DNA of 64,000 nucleotides from Eledone cirrhosa. Lineage: Eukaryota. Position numbers and translations under genes: made by a program. Numbering within the stretch: position 1 is the stretch's first letter; every line of letters starts with the position of its first letter. The notes beneath the pieces are model-generated. The model was given only the letters and a program-made list of their open reading frames with translations, did not search any database and was not told where the DNA came from. Positions 41,431 through 55,660 of this stretch are shown piece by piece. The stretch is from the NCBI GenBank assembly GCA_964016885.1, contig OZ024741.1, positions 28,210,001-28,274,000 on the forward strand, in the 5' to 3' direction.

Positions 41431-42640
41431 CATCTATATAAAAAAAGGACTCGATAAAAATGTAACCCATGATATCAAAGTTACCACTTGTCAATACTAT
41501 TTAACACATATCCGTGGATTAAAAGTTATTACCCCCACCGCCAATATGTTTACCGGATGTTAATACTGACTTGTCGTCTGTTACTTTACAGATGATTTGA
41601 ACTCAGACCATAAAGGGCCGTAACTCTTTGCTGCAAAGCATGGCGTCCGACCCTCTACCGATACTGCCAATCCACCATCCTTGTTACTGCAAATAATTGT
41701 TTCTACTTTTGGCACAAGGCCAGCAAATACCCAGTACATTACTGGTACTTTATTTTATCGACCCTGTAAATAATGTTACTAATTCTATTAAAAACCCCCA
41801 TCAGTTACGAATGACAATAGGATTTACACCTAGAATGTTCCACTCCGAGGCACGAGCCTGGGCAAGGTGTGTTTTGTGGAAGACCAGCAGTCTCCCATGT
41901 ATAGCAGCCTCTTCTCTCTACACCACCAATGTTGTCTAAGTGAAAGACAATGATCGATATAGCTTGGCACCAGTGACATCGCAATTCATTTCTACAGCTG
42001 AGCAAACTGGAGTAACATGTAATAAAGTGTCTTGCTCAAGGATACAACGCAACACCTGGTCCAAGAATCGAACTCACAACTTTCAATTGCAATCCCAACA
42101 TTCTAACCACTAAGTCATACGTCTTCACTTATGCAAAATTAACGATATGATAAATAGGATAGTATTATCTCTCTACTGGGTAATTGCTGGCCTTGTGCCA
42201 ATAGTAGAAACAATTATCTCTCTCACTCTCTCTCTCTATATATATATATATATTTACTCTTGGTGCAACAGATATGAACTTCCCGATATAAGGTTTGACT
42301 CTCTTTGTTTATTTTTTTTATATATGAATATTGATTGTTTCTTGTATCTCATTCTGTTTTTTTGCCCGAGAAAATATCTGTGTCATCAAACGATGTACAC
42401 ACATGGATAATTTTTCAAATTCCAATTGAGTTCTAGCACGTGGCCTGAATTCATTTTAGAATTCATTGTCCTGCGCATGTGTTGTTTTTTTGGCGGTAAT
42501 CTTCTTCATTATTTTTGAATCAGTTTGAGAATTTCTTTAGAACTGCTAGAATAGCAACCTGGCAGCTACCTCAAGCAGTGATGGTGATTATCACTAAATA
42601 CTGATGTTGTTTTGATTATCAATATTAGTATTATTGGGCA

Positions 42641-42767
42641 CCCACTGAAGGATTATAAGAGCCCACTTGAATAAGTATCTGTTGATCTTATATAAGCTTC
42701 TACATAAATTGGTATAATTTCACCCAAATTGTACGAATCTTATAATGAAACGAGACGTCCGTCTGGG
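42641..42767 (+). ncRNA. Hammerhead ribozyme, family H (diverged; core CTGAAGG)
   Basis: CCCA-CTGAAGG-ATTATAAGA...TCTTATAAT-GAAAC-GAGACGTCC-GTC-TGGG. Flanks are homologous to 25445-25835. Confidence 0.65.
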
Positions 42768-42933
42768 AAGAGATATATTCGATATGTCTCATATGAAATA
42801 ATACAGCCAATTTTCCACACAATACAATTAGTTAGCACCCCGAACGTTTAATTAGGAATATACTCACCTATTTCCTAATGTTTGTTGAGTTGGGATTTGG
42901 CCGGAGTATCGCTATTAGCGTTCTCCGATAATG

Positions 42934-42966
<33 letters not shown>

Positions 42967-42971
<5 letters not shown>

Positions 42972-43718
42972 TAAGTTAAAAATGTACATCTACATATGCA
43001 TACTGAAATACTAGTATGCATATGAATACACACACGTATACATATGTAGATGTACCAAGTCTTTCACTGGTTACTTTACTGTGAGTATCCAGCTATTCTG
43101 TATGTAAACACACAGACAAACCGGTTTTTAGAGTCATACTGGTTTTTGAGGAAACACCTTTCCTCTATTCTCCAGAAAGCCAGACAAGGAATATTGAACT
43201 AGTTTCGTTGTTGTTACAACTCATCAGCAATTTCATTTCGTTTCGTTATTTGTTTTTATCGTCTCCGTTGAACCGGTACGTACTCACACTCTATGCAAAT
43301 TAGTCTGCCCACTACTAATTTTCATAGAAAAAGCATATAACGATATGTGCTTTTACGATTCTCCAGAAAGGCCGGTAGATAGGTAAATATTGCTGATGAG
43401 TTGTAACAACAACGAAACTAGTTCAATATTCCTTGTCTGGCTTTCTGGAGAATAGAGGAAAGGTGTTTCCTCAAAAACCAGTATGACTCTAAAAACCGGT
43501 TTGTCTGTGTGTTTACATACATAATAGCTGGATACTCACAGTAAAGTAACCAGTGAAAGACTTGGTACATCTACATATGTATACGTGTGTGTATTCATAT
43601 GCATACTAGTATTTCAGTATGCATATGTAGATGTACATTTTTAACTTAATTGTTTAAGGGTCAGTCATACAAAAGTGAGTTACAAACGAAACGAAATTTA
43701 ATTTCGTTTCGTTATTTG

Positions 43719-43725
<7 letters not shown>
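42967..43725. mobile_element. Retrozyme-like locus, family G': inverted arms 42967-43231 / 43389-43653 plus partial tandem
   Basis: The arms are reverse complements. 43235-43259 is repeated at 43701-43725. (TA)n flanks. Confidence 0.8.
43386..43430 (+). ncRNA. Minimal type I hammerhead ribozyme (inverted copy at 43190-43231)
   Basis: AATATTG-CTGATGA-GTTGT-AACA-ACAAC-GAAAC-TA-GTT-CAATATT. Confidence 0.9.
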
Positions 43726-43753
<28 letters not shown>

Positions 43754-43952
43754 TTGAGAAACAAATTTGGTCGTTCTGACTGCTGCTAGTTATAGCGGTA
43801 GCCAACTGACCTCCCTGCCTCCGGCTCTATCTTTACACTCGGCCCTTGAAAAAATTGATTCCACTTCATTTACTCTCATCTCGGGAACAATTTTGAATAG
43901 CGCCAGTTCGTAATTTGAATTCGGGAATTTTATATTCTTCGAATGAAAAGAT

Positions 43953-44034
43953 CCTTCTGACGAGAGTGTTTCTTTGCAACGGAGGCCGTATGGACTCCGT
44001 TTAATTTTGAGACTCGAAACCGATTCGGTAAAGG
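43953..44034 (+). ncRNA. Type I hammerhead ribozyme with 52-nt stem II domain
   Basis: CCTT-CTGACGA-GAGT...AACGGAG..CTCCGTT...ACTC-GAAAC-CGATTCG-GTA-AAGG. Confidence 0.88.
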
Positions 44035-44099
44035 TAACTATAGTAAGTAAAGTTAATTTTTAAAAATTTATTTTGAAACTTTTTCTTATTTGCTAAACC

Positions 44100-44745
44100 T
44101 TATGATTTTTAATGCGATGAAATATCAATGATGGTTGGCAAATTACTGACGAGGGACTAATTTTATCATATGTAACCCATGTGCAACCACGCAGTATTCT
44201 TCTTTCTTCTCATGTTTTTTATACATATTTACCTCGGCTGCGTTTGTCTGTTTCTCTCTTACTGCTCCCCCGTTCTCTCTGTTTCTCTAACCTTCTTTCG
44301 CCCCCTCTGTCAGTTACACTTTCTCTCAACTGACCTCTTCCTCGCACTTCCACTCACTCACTCTCTGTTTCTCCCCTTCTCACTTCCTCCCGTTTGGCTA
44401 GTAGTGGGGTCCTTTCTTGCTCACATCTCACTCACGTCGGACGGTCTGTATCTTGATCGCTCATGAAATCGACCCAGCTTATGCTGACCGGATAACCATG
44501 TTGCTTATTTTTTCCTATCTTCGGTTTGCTTTTATCCTTCTATGTTGTTTACTTGTCTCACTCGCTTTACGCGATTCACTTGTCCCAATAGCATGTTTTA
44601 GTTATTGTTCGCACCAACCTGAGGTATATGATTTTTAATGCGATGAAATATTAATGATGGTTGGCAAATCACTGACGAGGGACACATTTTATCATATGTA
44701 ACCCATGTGCAACCACGCAGTATTCTTCTTTCTTCTCATGTTTTA
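44100..44745. repeat. Partial tandem repeat, period ~525 bp
   Basis: 44101-44222 is repeated at 44627-44745. Confidence 0.75.
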
Positions 44746-45182
44746 TATATATATATATATTAACTAGAAATAGATTGACATATATGTATATAAAATAAAT
44801 ACATGGAACAATCACGGAATAATTTGTAAAGAATGTAAGCACACATAGCTTTCACACATGTCTCTCAGACATGACAACCCTTAATTTAATTTTGTATATA
44901 TATATATATATATATATATATACTACTAAAACTCTCTGATTGCTTGCTTTCTTGCTTGTCTGTAATGTAATACAGCCAAAAGGGCGCATAATGGGAAAAT
45001 ACTTTGAAATGGGAATACAAATGGAATAAAACAAGTTTCGTATAAATCGGACCACGGGCTCATGAGATAGAGAGGAAGAAATGGTAGTTGTAACAGAGTA
45101 GATTGAAAGAGACACAGATAGAGGGAGAGGAGACAGAGAAGGAGAATGGAAGAGAGCTGGTGGTGAGAGCTGGTGGTGTTGT

Positions 45183-45261
<79 letters not shown>

Positions 45262-45389
45262 ATAATAATAAATTTGAAGACTAAAATCCAAAGAGGGCTC
45301 GATAAGGATAAATATATATCAAATATATAAGAACCGTAGAGCAAATATTTATTAAAATATTAAAATATTATTATTAAAATATTATTTTA

Positions 45390-45466
<77 letters not shown>

Positions 45467-45729
45467 AGTGTGTGTGTATATATATGTGTGTATATGTGTG
45501 CGTGTGTGTCTCTGACTAGTGTATATAGATCACAGACACCCACAAATATATATACACAGACACAATCATATATATATATATATGTATACAAACACACACA
45601 TACACACACGTATACATATATATGGGCCTACCAGTTTCATTTCACATTATATACATGTCTGTGTATATTTTAATTATTAAAAAAATATTTTAAAATGAAC
45701 ATGATTAAAAAAAACCATTTTAAAGTGGA

Positions 45730-45758
45730 CGTGACCCAAAGGACCACGGGTGGTCTAG
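45730..45758 (+). mobile_element. Possible Helitron 3' terminus
   Basis: Imperfect hairpin CGTG..CACG followed by GGTGGT-CTAG|T. A similar hairpin+CTAG lies at 2130-2160. Confidence 0.4.
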
Positions 45759-46309
45759 TATAAATATATAATTAAAAAGTATACATTATCAAAATGAATA
45801 ATTTTTTCTACTTTTGGCACAAGGTCAGCAATTATCTCAGTGTATTACTGGTACTTTATTTTATCGACGCCGTAAGTATGAAAGGTAAAGTTAACCTCGG
45901 CGGGATTTGAACTCAGACCATAAAGAGCCGTAACTCTTTGCTGCAAAGCATGGCGTCCGACCCTCTACCGATACTGCCAATCCACCGCCCTATCAAAATG
46001 ATTAATAGAATTATTTGACGTCACTCCAAGTTCACTCAGCTGTAGAGTTGTGACGTCACAGGTGTCAAGCTGTATCGGTCATTACCTTTCCTTTGGACAA
46101 CATCAGTGGTGTGGAGACTGGTATGTATGGACGACTACTGGTCTTCCACAAAACACACCTTGTCCAGGTTCGGAGGGGAACATCCCAGGTGTAAATACCA
46201 TGGTCGTTCCTTACCATTTATAATGTTACCAACGTTGATCCAGGGATTGGTCATTTTCGTGATGCTGTTAGGGAAGTTTGGGTTGCTGTCCTGGTTGGTG
46301 TTGTTATTG

Positions 46310-46592
46310 ATTATGATGATGATGATGTTGGTGGTGGTAGTGGTGATGATGATGGTGATGTTGGTGGAGGTGGTGGTGAAGATGGTGGTGATGGTGGTAG
46401 TGGTGGTAGTGGTGGTGGTGGTGGTAGTGGTGGTGGTAGTGGTGGTGGTGGTGGTGGTAGTTGTGGTGGTGGTGATGATGTTGGAGGTAGTGGTGGTGAT
46501 GATGATGATGATAATGGTGGTGATGGTGATGATGATAATGGTGGTGGTGATAATGGTGGTGGTGATGATGATAATCGTGGTGGTAGTGGCGG

Positions 46593-46657
<65 letters not shown>

Positions 46658-46893
46658 GTGGTGGTAGTGGTGATGATGATGATGGTGATGGTGATGGTGG
46701 TGGTAGTGGTGGTGGTGGTGATGATGATGGTGATGGTGATGGTGGTGGTGGTGGTGATGATGATGGTGATGGTGATGGTGGTGGTGGTGGTAGTGGTGGT
46801 GGTGGTGATGATGATGGTGATGGTGATGGTGGTGGTGGTGGTAGTGGTGGTGGTGGTGATGATGATGGTGATGGTGATGGTGGTGGTGGTAGT
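46310..46893. repeat. Compound (GTG)n/(ATG)n/(GTA) trinucleotide array
   Basis: Direct inspection; explains the poly-V/M ORF. Confidence 0.95.
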
Positions 46894-47475
46894 ATAACGA
46901 GGACGTTAGTGTTGCTGTTACAGCTGTGCTCGTCTCAATACGTTGCCGACGTCTACTCTATTATTTCTAACCTTCTCAGTACAGATCTTCACACGCTATC
47001 TAATAGAAACGTTGCTTGTCGAAGAGGTATGTCACTGTTACTACCTCAACCACCATTACATGTTTCACATTCATTATTGCAGTAGCTGTTATTATTGTTG
47101 TTGTTAGTACTGTTGCTATTGGAGCAACAACAGCTAATTCTTCCATTATAGCTATACATTTATAATAGTTGAGAGATTATACGAGGGTTTAGTTGGCAGC
47201 AAAGACAAAACTTTCATATCAACCACTGTTAATTATCACATTGGTTAACGAATGCCATAGCAATTCCTTTAGCAAAGATAATTACATTTGCTACCTTATA
47301 ATTATGACGAGTAGAGGAGCCGACGTATGTTAAAGTGGCACACCAGGAGATTTACACAGAAGATACTGGCGAAAGTTCATCAATTCTATGTATTATGAAT
47401 AAGAATTCTTTGTATGCGTGGCTTTTTGCCACTTTGTGTTATGGAAATTCGTTGTCTTGGAAATTAATGTAGATA

Positions 47476-47540
<65 letters not shown>

Positions 47541-48249
47541 CACCTTAACTTCAGAGTGTCGGCTTACCTAAAACATTTCTGTTGACTCTTGTGGGTAGCG
47601 TGTGACCCATTGTCACACTTGCTGGTGAATTGATACTTGTTTTTGTTTGTTTTTTTGTTTTGTTTTCTTCTCTTTTTCTCTCGCTTTGATCATATATTTT
47701 TGTGCATTATATTTATAAGGTCAGGCGGTGGATTGGCAGTGTCGGTTGAGCATAGGATAATATGCTTTGCGGTGGAGAGTTATGGCACTTTACGCTGTGA
47801 GTTCAAATCCCGCCGAGGTTAGCTTTGCCTTTCGTCCTGACGGGGTCGATAAATGAAGCACCAGTAATGAAGAAGGGTCGAGTTAATCCACTTCCCCTCC
47901 CCCCAAAATTATTGTACTTGTGTCTAAATCAGAAATCATTCATAGCAATAATTAATTGTATTTATTATATGTGGTTATATAAAGGGTAAAGACTCCTTCG
48001 GTCACGAATGACCAGGGAATTTGAACCCAGAAAGTTCCCCTCCACAAATGTTGTCTAAGGGAAAGGCAATGGCCAATACAGCTTGGCACCAGTGACGTCG
48101 CAACTAATTTCTACAGCTGAGTGAACTAGAGCAACGTGAAATAAAGTGCCTTGCTCAAGAACACAATGCAAAGCCCGGTCCAAGGATGGAACTCACAACT
48201 TCCCGATTGTAAGCTCGACGCTCTAACCACTAAGCCAGGTCTCTTCATA

Positions 48250-49290
48250 TGGACGAGCCAGCAAAAACACAAACAAGCATATAGAATGGCCTAACACGGA
48301 ACAAGCTCTGACTTACTGGACAGGTGAAAGCCTCTCCATCCCCCAGTATACCACAGTCCAACGTAACTGGGACGACATCAATTGTAGGCGGATCGAGCCT
48401 GGCCTGGACCTACACAGCCACGCCTGTCTCCGACCCGCTTCTCAGCCCACAGCGGCGCGTGGCTCAATTTGGTGCCCTCCTTTTCAACAGGTATCCTTCT
48501 TGATGATGAGTGCACTCGCATCAGAGTAGCACAACGCCTTGGCCTCCGCGTGTGTGAGTCACATAAATGCCGCTGCAGGGCAGTTACTGACAAATTCGGC
48601 TTGCCGCCAGAGCGCAGGCCGGTTCCCCCGACACGCCGCTCTCAACGACATATTGAGAAGGAGCCTGGACACAGCTGGCTTTCCATATCAACTGGAGCCA
48701 GCGGGCCTAGACCGCGGTGACGGCAAGCGCCCCGACGGATTCACCCTCTTCCTATTCGAAGATGGTAGATCCATCATCTGGGGCGCCACTTGCTTAGTCG
48801 CTTCGGCCACAAATCCCGGCATCGCAGCCCGCCTCGCAGAGGAACGTAAAACAAATACCGGGGTTTGTTCGGTCACTTCCTCTTCGCACCAGTCGCCGTC
48901 GAGACCTCAGGCGTACTTGGACCCCGTACTGCCGAGCTCCTCCACAAGATCGGAGCGTCGGTTGACCGTCTGAGGAGGCATCCCCGCGAGGTTGGGTGGC
49001 TGTTGCAGCGGGTGTCACTGGCCATCGTCCGGGGGAATGCTTTTGCCGTCTTGTCAGTGGGGTGCAGGACTTCTGCCTTCTTGCCCTAGGTTCAAAGCCC
49101 AATCACCCTCCCCTTCACCCCTCCCCTCTCTTCTGCGACACCAGAGCTCTTGCCATCCCTTCCCCTTCCCAATCCTTTTCTTCTTTCTTTCTCTCTTTTT
49201 TTTCTATATTTTTGTTTTCTATATTTCCCTATTCTTTCTTCCCTTTTGTTTCCCCTTCTTTTTTATTATTTCTATATTGAAAATAAACAT
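48250..49290 (+). pseudogene. CRE-clade LINE 3' fragment, frameshifted
   Basis: SGAWLNLVP, HKCRC, RHAALNDI, LEPAGLDRGDGKRPDG, PVAVETSG, LQRVSLAIVRGNA. Confidence 0.85.
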
Positions 49291-49494
49291 ATACTGCTTA
49301 TCAGAATGTTTGTTAATTAATTTAAATACAACTTCAATTTGTTTTAGTTTGTTTTGAATCTGGTGTTCAGATTGGGTTTTTAAAAGATGAACTATCCACT
49401 TACACACACACACACACACATACACACACACACATACACACACACACACATACCCCCCCCACACACACATATGTACACATATATATACACACAC

Positions 49495-49529
<35 letters not shown>

Positions 49530-50055
49530 ATATATATATATATGTATGCTGCCAATACCTTAACGGGACACGGGTATATAATACCTAACTCCTACTAACC
49601 TAAGTATATATGTATATATATATGTATATATATGTATATATATATATATATAATATATCATATATGTATATATATATATCTATATATATCTATATATATC
49701 TATATATAATATATATATATGTATACATATATCTATATATATAGATATGTGTGTGTGTGTATGAACGTGACTGTGTAATTGTGTGTGTGTGTATCAACGT
49801 GACTGTGTAATTGTATGTGTAATTTTATTTTTCACCTAAATCGATATTTTAGATATCATTTTCCAATATATATTTTGACATGTATATTACTTAAGAAAAA
49901 GAAAAATATTTCATTTCTTACGGCGTATTTCGAATTGATTGACAAACGGGCTAAAACTGATTAAAGTCATGTCTACACTATAGTATTAGATCATTACATT
50001 TTAACGTATACATTGCAAAGGTATTAGCTTTTAATTTTATTTATCATGATATGAA

Positions 50056-50163
50056 ATAATTGTTTCTACTTTTGGCACAAGGCCAGCAATTACCCACTGT
50101 TTTACTGGTACTTTATTTTATCGACCCCGTAAGGATGAAAGGCAAAGTTAATCTCGGCGGGAT
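50056..50163 (-). mobile_element. 5'-truncated SINE A with 18-bp TSD
   Basis: ATCATGATATGAAATAAT at 50043-50060 and 50162-50179. Confidence 0.85.
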
Positions 50164-51166
50164 CATGATATGAAATAATATAAATATTTCTGCTTTTTAA
50201 TTATTTACCATCATTTTTTTGTTGTATGATATTATAGTATATGCCCCCGGGGAACCCTTTGATTAAAATGAAATATACGTATCCAAGTACCTTGGGCAAT
50301 GTAGTTTCAGAATATATATGGTTATGGGGGTCTATCTCCAAAATAATAGGAGGAGTTCGTGAACAGGAACTACAACTTTATACATATAAATTATATTGGC
50401 AGTATCGGTAGAGCGTCGGACAACATGCTTTTTGGCATAGAGTAATGTCTCTTTACGTTCCAAGTTTAAATCCCACCGAGGTTAGTTTTCCCTTTCCTCC
50501 TTACGGTGTCGATAAAATAAAGTACCAGAAACGCACTGGGATCGATTTAATCGACTTTCCCATCTCCCCAAATTGTTGGCCTTGTGCTTATAGCAGAAAT
50601 CCTTAAATTAATGAACCTGCTTTGCCTTTCACCATTACGGGGGTAGATGAAATAAAGTACCAGTAATGCACTGAGGTTAATTTAATCGACTTTCCCCTCT
50701 TTCCAAAATACTTAGCCTGGTGCCTAAATCAGAAACCATTATGTTATAGGGAGGAGGATTGGTAGTATCGGTAGAGGGTCGGACGCCAAGCTTTGACGCA
50801 TAGAGTTACGGTCCTTGGCATTCTGAGTTCAAATCTCGCCGAGGTTAACTTTGCCTTTCATCCTTTCGGGGTCGATAAAATAAAGTACCAGTAATACACT
50901 GGGTAATTGCTGGCCTTGTGCCAAATGTAGAAACAATTATGTTATAGCAGAAGAGAGGAGGAAACTGTAATTACAAATACATTCCATAGAAAGAGCTTCT
51001 AAGCAGTTTTCATGTATCCGATTTCAACCACAAGATCGGATCTACGCTTGTACATAGAACAAGACATTTCCCAAGATTCCACGCAATAAAGTGCACTCGA
51101 AACCTCTTAATCATTCGACCGCACTACATTTGCTTGATATTACGAGATAATGTTATCTGTTATTTA

Positions 51167-51353
51167 GGCGGTAGATTGGCAGTATCGGTAGAGGGTCGGA
51201 CGCCATGCTTTCCAGCATAGTTACGTCCCTTTACGATCTGAGTTAAAATCCCGCCGAGGTTGACTTTGCCTTTCATCCTTACGTGGTCGATAAAATAAAG
51301 TACCAGTAATGTACTGGGTAATTTGCTGGCCTTGTGCCTAAATTAGAAACAAT
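51167..51353 (+). mobile_element. Full-length SINE A with 15-bp TSD
   Basis: TTATCTGTTATTTAG at 51153-51167 and 51353-51367. Confidence 0.9.
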
Positions 51354-51521
51354 TATCTGTTATTTAGATTCGCTACTTAACATTGATGCCAATGCCAATT
51401 AAAAGGATAGAGATATAATCTCCAGATCAGGAAGAAATTTCATTGTAATAATTATAAATATGTATGCATGTATATAATCATAAATATGTATATATACATA
51501 TAGTCATAAATATATATTCAA

Positions 51522-51705
51522 CACCCCGACGGCAGAGCTCAAGCCGTTTCGACGGCTAATTCTGGACTAAATAGCCGTCGAAACGGCTTGAGCTCTACCG
51601 TCAGGGGTCTTGAACAATTTCCTATTACCCACTCTATTACCCTAAGTATTGAGAACTCTGGTGTGTTATGGTCCACCTGGTTCCTTACCACACTTCCTTC
51701 GTTAT
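51522..51705. mobile_element. Family B repeat (3' half of an HHR plus downstream tail), palindromic
   Basis: GTC-GAAAC-GG..CC-GTC half-ribozyme. Other copies at 25835-25925, 37460-37597, 52337-52457, 52750-52943. Confidence 0.75.
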
Positions 51706-52010
51706 ATATATATATATATATCATAAAGTATTTCCATAGAATCATTTGATAATATATATACACCATTTCCTCTCCCAATTAGCATAATTAACCATATAAA
51801 AAATCAATTAGACCATACTATAAGATTAAAGGCTCCTATGAAGAAATATTTGATAAATAAACGACAGCAGCCTCTTCGCGGCCGACCGCAATAGAATATT
51901 TACCCAACATTTCAACAGCACGTAGAAATCGACTAAATATACCGTCAACCATACACAATTAGGTATAAAATTAAAGTTAGAAGAAATGCGTACACTCTTA
52001 CCATGATTAT

Positions 52011-52090
52011 GTCTCTACCCTCGGGTTTTGTTCGCGTTTTGAGATATCCTATTAAGGATAAAATCTCGAGTTTCGAACTCGTCAGGAAAC
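52011..52090 (-). ncRNA. Hammerhead ribozyme with G12A substitution (probably inactive)
   Basis: GTTTC-CTGACGA-GTTCG...CGAAC-AAAAC-CC-GA-GG-GTA-GAGAC. Confidence 0.72.
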
Positions 52091-52496
52091 AAACTCATAG
52101 GACAGGTAATTTTCCAAAGCGATCCCCGCCAGAAACAGATTCAAAATGGCTAAGAATCATGACGTGACAGTGGTCAAGTTAGAAAGAATGTGATTGGTTT
52201 CTTACGGCGAGTGGGCTGGTTGCTAGAAAGCGCAGCCCAATATTACCCAAATTGCATCTCAACGTAATGGGAGATTATTAAATATAAAGATTTACATATA
52301 CACAAACTAAACAAAGTCACAGATATATATGTGGCATAACGGCTTGAGCTCAGCAGTCGGGGTCTTACTGGTTCCTATTACCCACTCTACTACCTCAAGT
52401 ATTGAGTACTTTGGTGCGTTATGGTCCACCTGGTTCCTTACCACATTTCCTTCGTTATATATATATATATATATATTTATTTAATATACAGAATGG

Positions 52497-52591
52497 CCTC
52501 TACAGGACTAGAACTGTTTCATTCCGGAGAAATCACCAGGAAGCCTTCCTGATGATTTCTCCAGAATGAAACAGTTCTAGTCCCGTAGAAG
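52497..52591. ncRNA. Divergent pair of family A hammerheads (52497-52543 minus, A6G; 52545-52591 plus)
   Basis: CTTC-CTGATGA-TTTCTCCAGAAT-GAAAC-AG-TTCTAGTC-CC-GTA-GAAG and its near reverse complement. Confidence 0.78.
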
Positions 52592-52688
52592 CCTTTCTAT
52601 ATATTAAATATTTATTCTCTGCTTTCTATTGAGTACCTTACTTACTGTGGTTACCCCCGATTGAACCCGGGATAAACTTATATATAAA

Positions 52689-52752
<64 letters not shown>

Positions 52753-52939
52753 CGAAGGAATTGTGGTAAGGAACCAGGTGGACCATAACGCACAAGAGTA
52801 CTCAATACTTAGGGTAGTAGAGGGAGTAATAGGAAAAGGTATGACCTCGACGGCAGAGCTCAAGCCGTTCGACGGGTATTTCTGGACCAGAAATAGCCGT
52901 CGAAACGGCTTGAGCTCTGCCGTCGGAGTCATACCTTTT

Positions 52940-53026
<87 letters not shown>

Positions 53027-53056
53027 ATATATATATGTATATATATATGTATATAC

Positions 53057-53183
<127 letters not shown>

Positions 53184-53269
53184 GTAGGAGGTGAGTTTTA
53201 TTGTAGTACAATAAAGCAATGCAGATATCGGATAAGAAGCACTCTACAGTTTGTAGGACTGGAGTATAC

Positions 53270-55611
53270 ATAATATATAAGAACAAATGGTTAAAGGAGT
53301 TCCATGTATTTTATTATGCGCATTTCAAAAACAAACATCATCATGCAATAATATTTGTGTTTTCATCAGATAAAACAGGAGGACATGATATGAAGGCTAA
53401 AAAACACTTGTGGATAGTGCAGTTTTAAATCAACATATGAGAAGTAGTTTTAGATTGATGTGTGATATTGGGAAAAAAATTTTTTTTTTTATTTAGAGGG
53501 GGGGGTGGAAAGGATGAAAAAAAGGAGGAGATGAGAGTGAAGGTGGAGAGGGAGGAATATAATGAGGAAGGATGAGATAGGAGGAGAGATGGGTGATAGA
53601 GAGAGAGAGAGATAATTTTTATAACTGAGAAAGATATGTTTTACATAGAGAGGTTGAAAACCGTTGGAAGATAATGTATAAATTAAAAGAATTTGAAAAT
53701 TAACGAAGGGAAAAATATGTGCGAGGAAGGAGAAGGAGTTAATATGTATTAGAATAATGAGTTTGATGATAGAGAGAAGAGAATAATGAATTGCGGATGA
53801 ATATTCTAACGTCAAAAAAAGTGTGTATGTTTACAAGTATTATGGAAATTTGAAAATTAACGAAGAGAAAAAATGTAAAGTTAAGGTTTGTATATTGAAG
53901 GATTTGAGAAAAATAATGTGAAGTTAAGGTTTGTATATTGAAGGAATTGATAATATGTGCGAAGAAAAAGTTAATATGTATTGAGAATGAGTTACATGAT
54001 AGGGAGAAAAAAATAATGAATTAAGGATGAATAATCTGGCGTCAAAACAAATGTATATGTTTACGAAGGATTTTACAAGGTGAAAATAGAGTAAGGGTAA
54101 TGAGTAAACAAGTATTATAGAGTGTTTAATACCCTTTGAAATAAGGTAGGAATATGGTTATATTTTAAAAGAGGTGTATGTATATGTGCCTTTGAGAAAA
54201 AGATTCTAAATTGATAAAGAATTGAATATTAGCTGTATACTTTGTGAAATGTTTTATGGAATTTATGCAAGCAGATAGAAAACAAGTCAGTTCGTCTATT
54301 TATTATAGAATCTAGATTAGAGATAATGGTAAATTTTTCATTTAGGCAGAGATTCACCAATTCCTTCACCTATTTTGGCTCCACTTCCACCTCTTTTAAA
54401 GCTCGTCTCTATAATCATCATTCATCTTTTAAATACAAACTTAAAAGAACCAACACGGCTCTCTCAGAACTCATATGGTCCCTGAAAGACAAAAACATTA
54501 AATATACCATCTTTTGGAAGAAGGTTTCTTCTGCGTCTTCATACTTGAACAGTTCTATATCTAAAATCTGCAATCTCTGCCTAAATGAAAAATTTACCAT
54601 TATCTCTAATCTAGATTCTATAATAAATAGACGAACTGACTTGTTTTCTATCTGCTTGCATAAATTCCATAAAACATTTCACAAAGTATACAGCTAATAT
54701 TCAATTCTTTATCAATTTAGAATCTTTTTCTCAAAGGCACATATACATACACCTCTTTTAAAATATACCCATCTTCCTACCTTATTTCAAAGGGTATTAT
54801 ACACTCTATAATACTTGTTTACTCATTACCCTTACTCTATTTTCACCTTGTAAAATCCTTCGTAAACATATACATTTGTTTTGACGCCAGATTATTCATC
54901 CTTAATTCATTATTTTTTTCTCCCTATCATGTAACTCATTCTCAATACATATTAACTTTTTCTTCGCACATATTATCAATTCCTTCAATATACAAACCTT
55001 AACTTCACATTATTTTTCTCAAATCCTTCAATATACAAACCTTAACTTTACATTTTTTTCTCTTCGTTAATTTTCAAATTTCCATAATACTTGTAAACAT
55101 ACACACTTTTTTTGACGTTAGAATATTCATCCGCAATTCATTATTCTCTTCTCTCTATCATCAAACTCATTATTCTAATACATATTAACTCCCTCTCCTT
55201 CCTCGCACATATTTTTCCCTTCGTTAATTTTCAAATTCTTTTAATTTATACATTATCTTCCAACGGTTTTCAACCTCTCTATGTAAAACAATATATCTTT
55301 CTCAGTTATAAAAACTATCTCTCTCTCTCTATCACCCATCTCCACCTTCACTCTCATCTCCTCCTTTTTTTCATCCTTTCCACCCCCCCCTCTAAATAAA
55401 TTTTTTTATTTTTTTCCAAATATCACACATCAATCTAAAACTACTTCTCATATGTTGATTTAAAACTGCACTATCCACAAGTGTTTTTTAGCCTTCATAT
55501 CATGTCCTCCTGTTTTATCTGATGAAAACACAAATATTATTGCATGATGATGTTTGTTTTTGAAATGCGCATAATAAAATACATGGAACTCCCTTAACCA
55601 TCTTTTGTTCT

Positions 55612-55620
<9 letters not shown>
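53270..55620. mobile_element. 5'-truncated PLE (GIY-YIG 54355-54697 plus + 3' UTR/pLTR) with ~1.05-kb inverted duplication
   Basis: 53270-54354 is the reverse complement of 54572-55620. YFGSTSTSFKARLYNHHSSF, CNLCLNEK, ICLH. Confidence 0.9.
55511..55581 (+). ncRNA. Type I hammerhead in PLE pLTR, family F (inverted copy at 53307-53377)
   Basis: TGTTTTAT-CTGATGA-AAACACAAAT...GTTTGTTTTT-GAAAT-GCGC-ATA-ATAAAATA. Confidence 0.88.

Positions 55621-55654
<34 letters not shown>

Positions 55655-55660
<6 letters not shown>

Noticed and set aside
44115-44175. CTGACGA in the 525-bp tandem, as a possible type I or II hammerhead
   Set aside because: No correctly placed GAAA and UH; at best a deleted remnant
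45025-45072. Minus-strand CTCATGA...GAAAC-TT-GTT
   Set aside because: G5 is missing and the stems are weak; possibly a decayed HHR but unsupported
46106-46897. 263-aa poly-Val/Met ORF
   Set aside because: SINE remnant followed by a stop-free trinucleotide array
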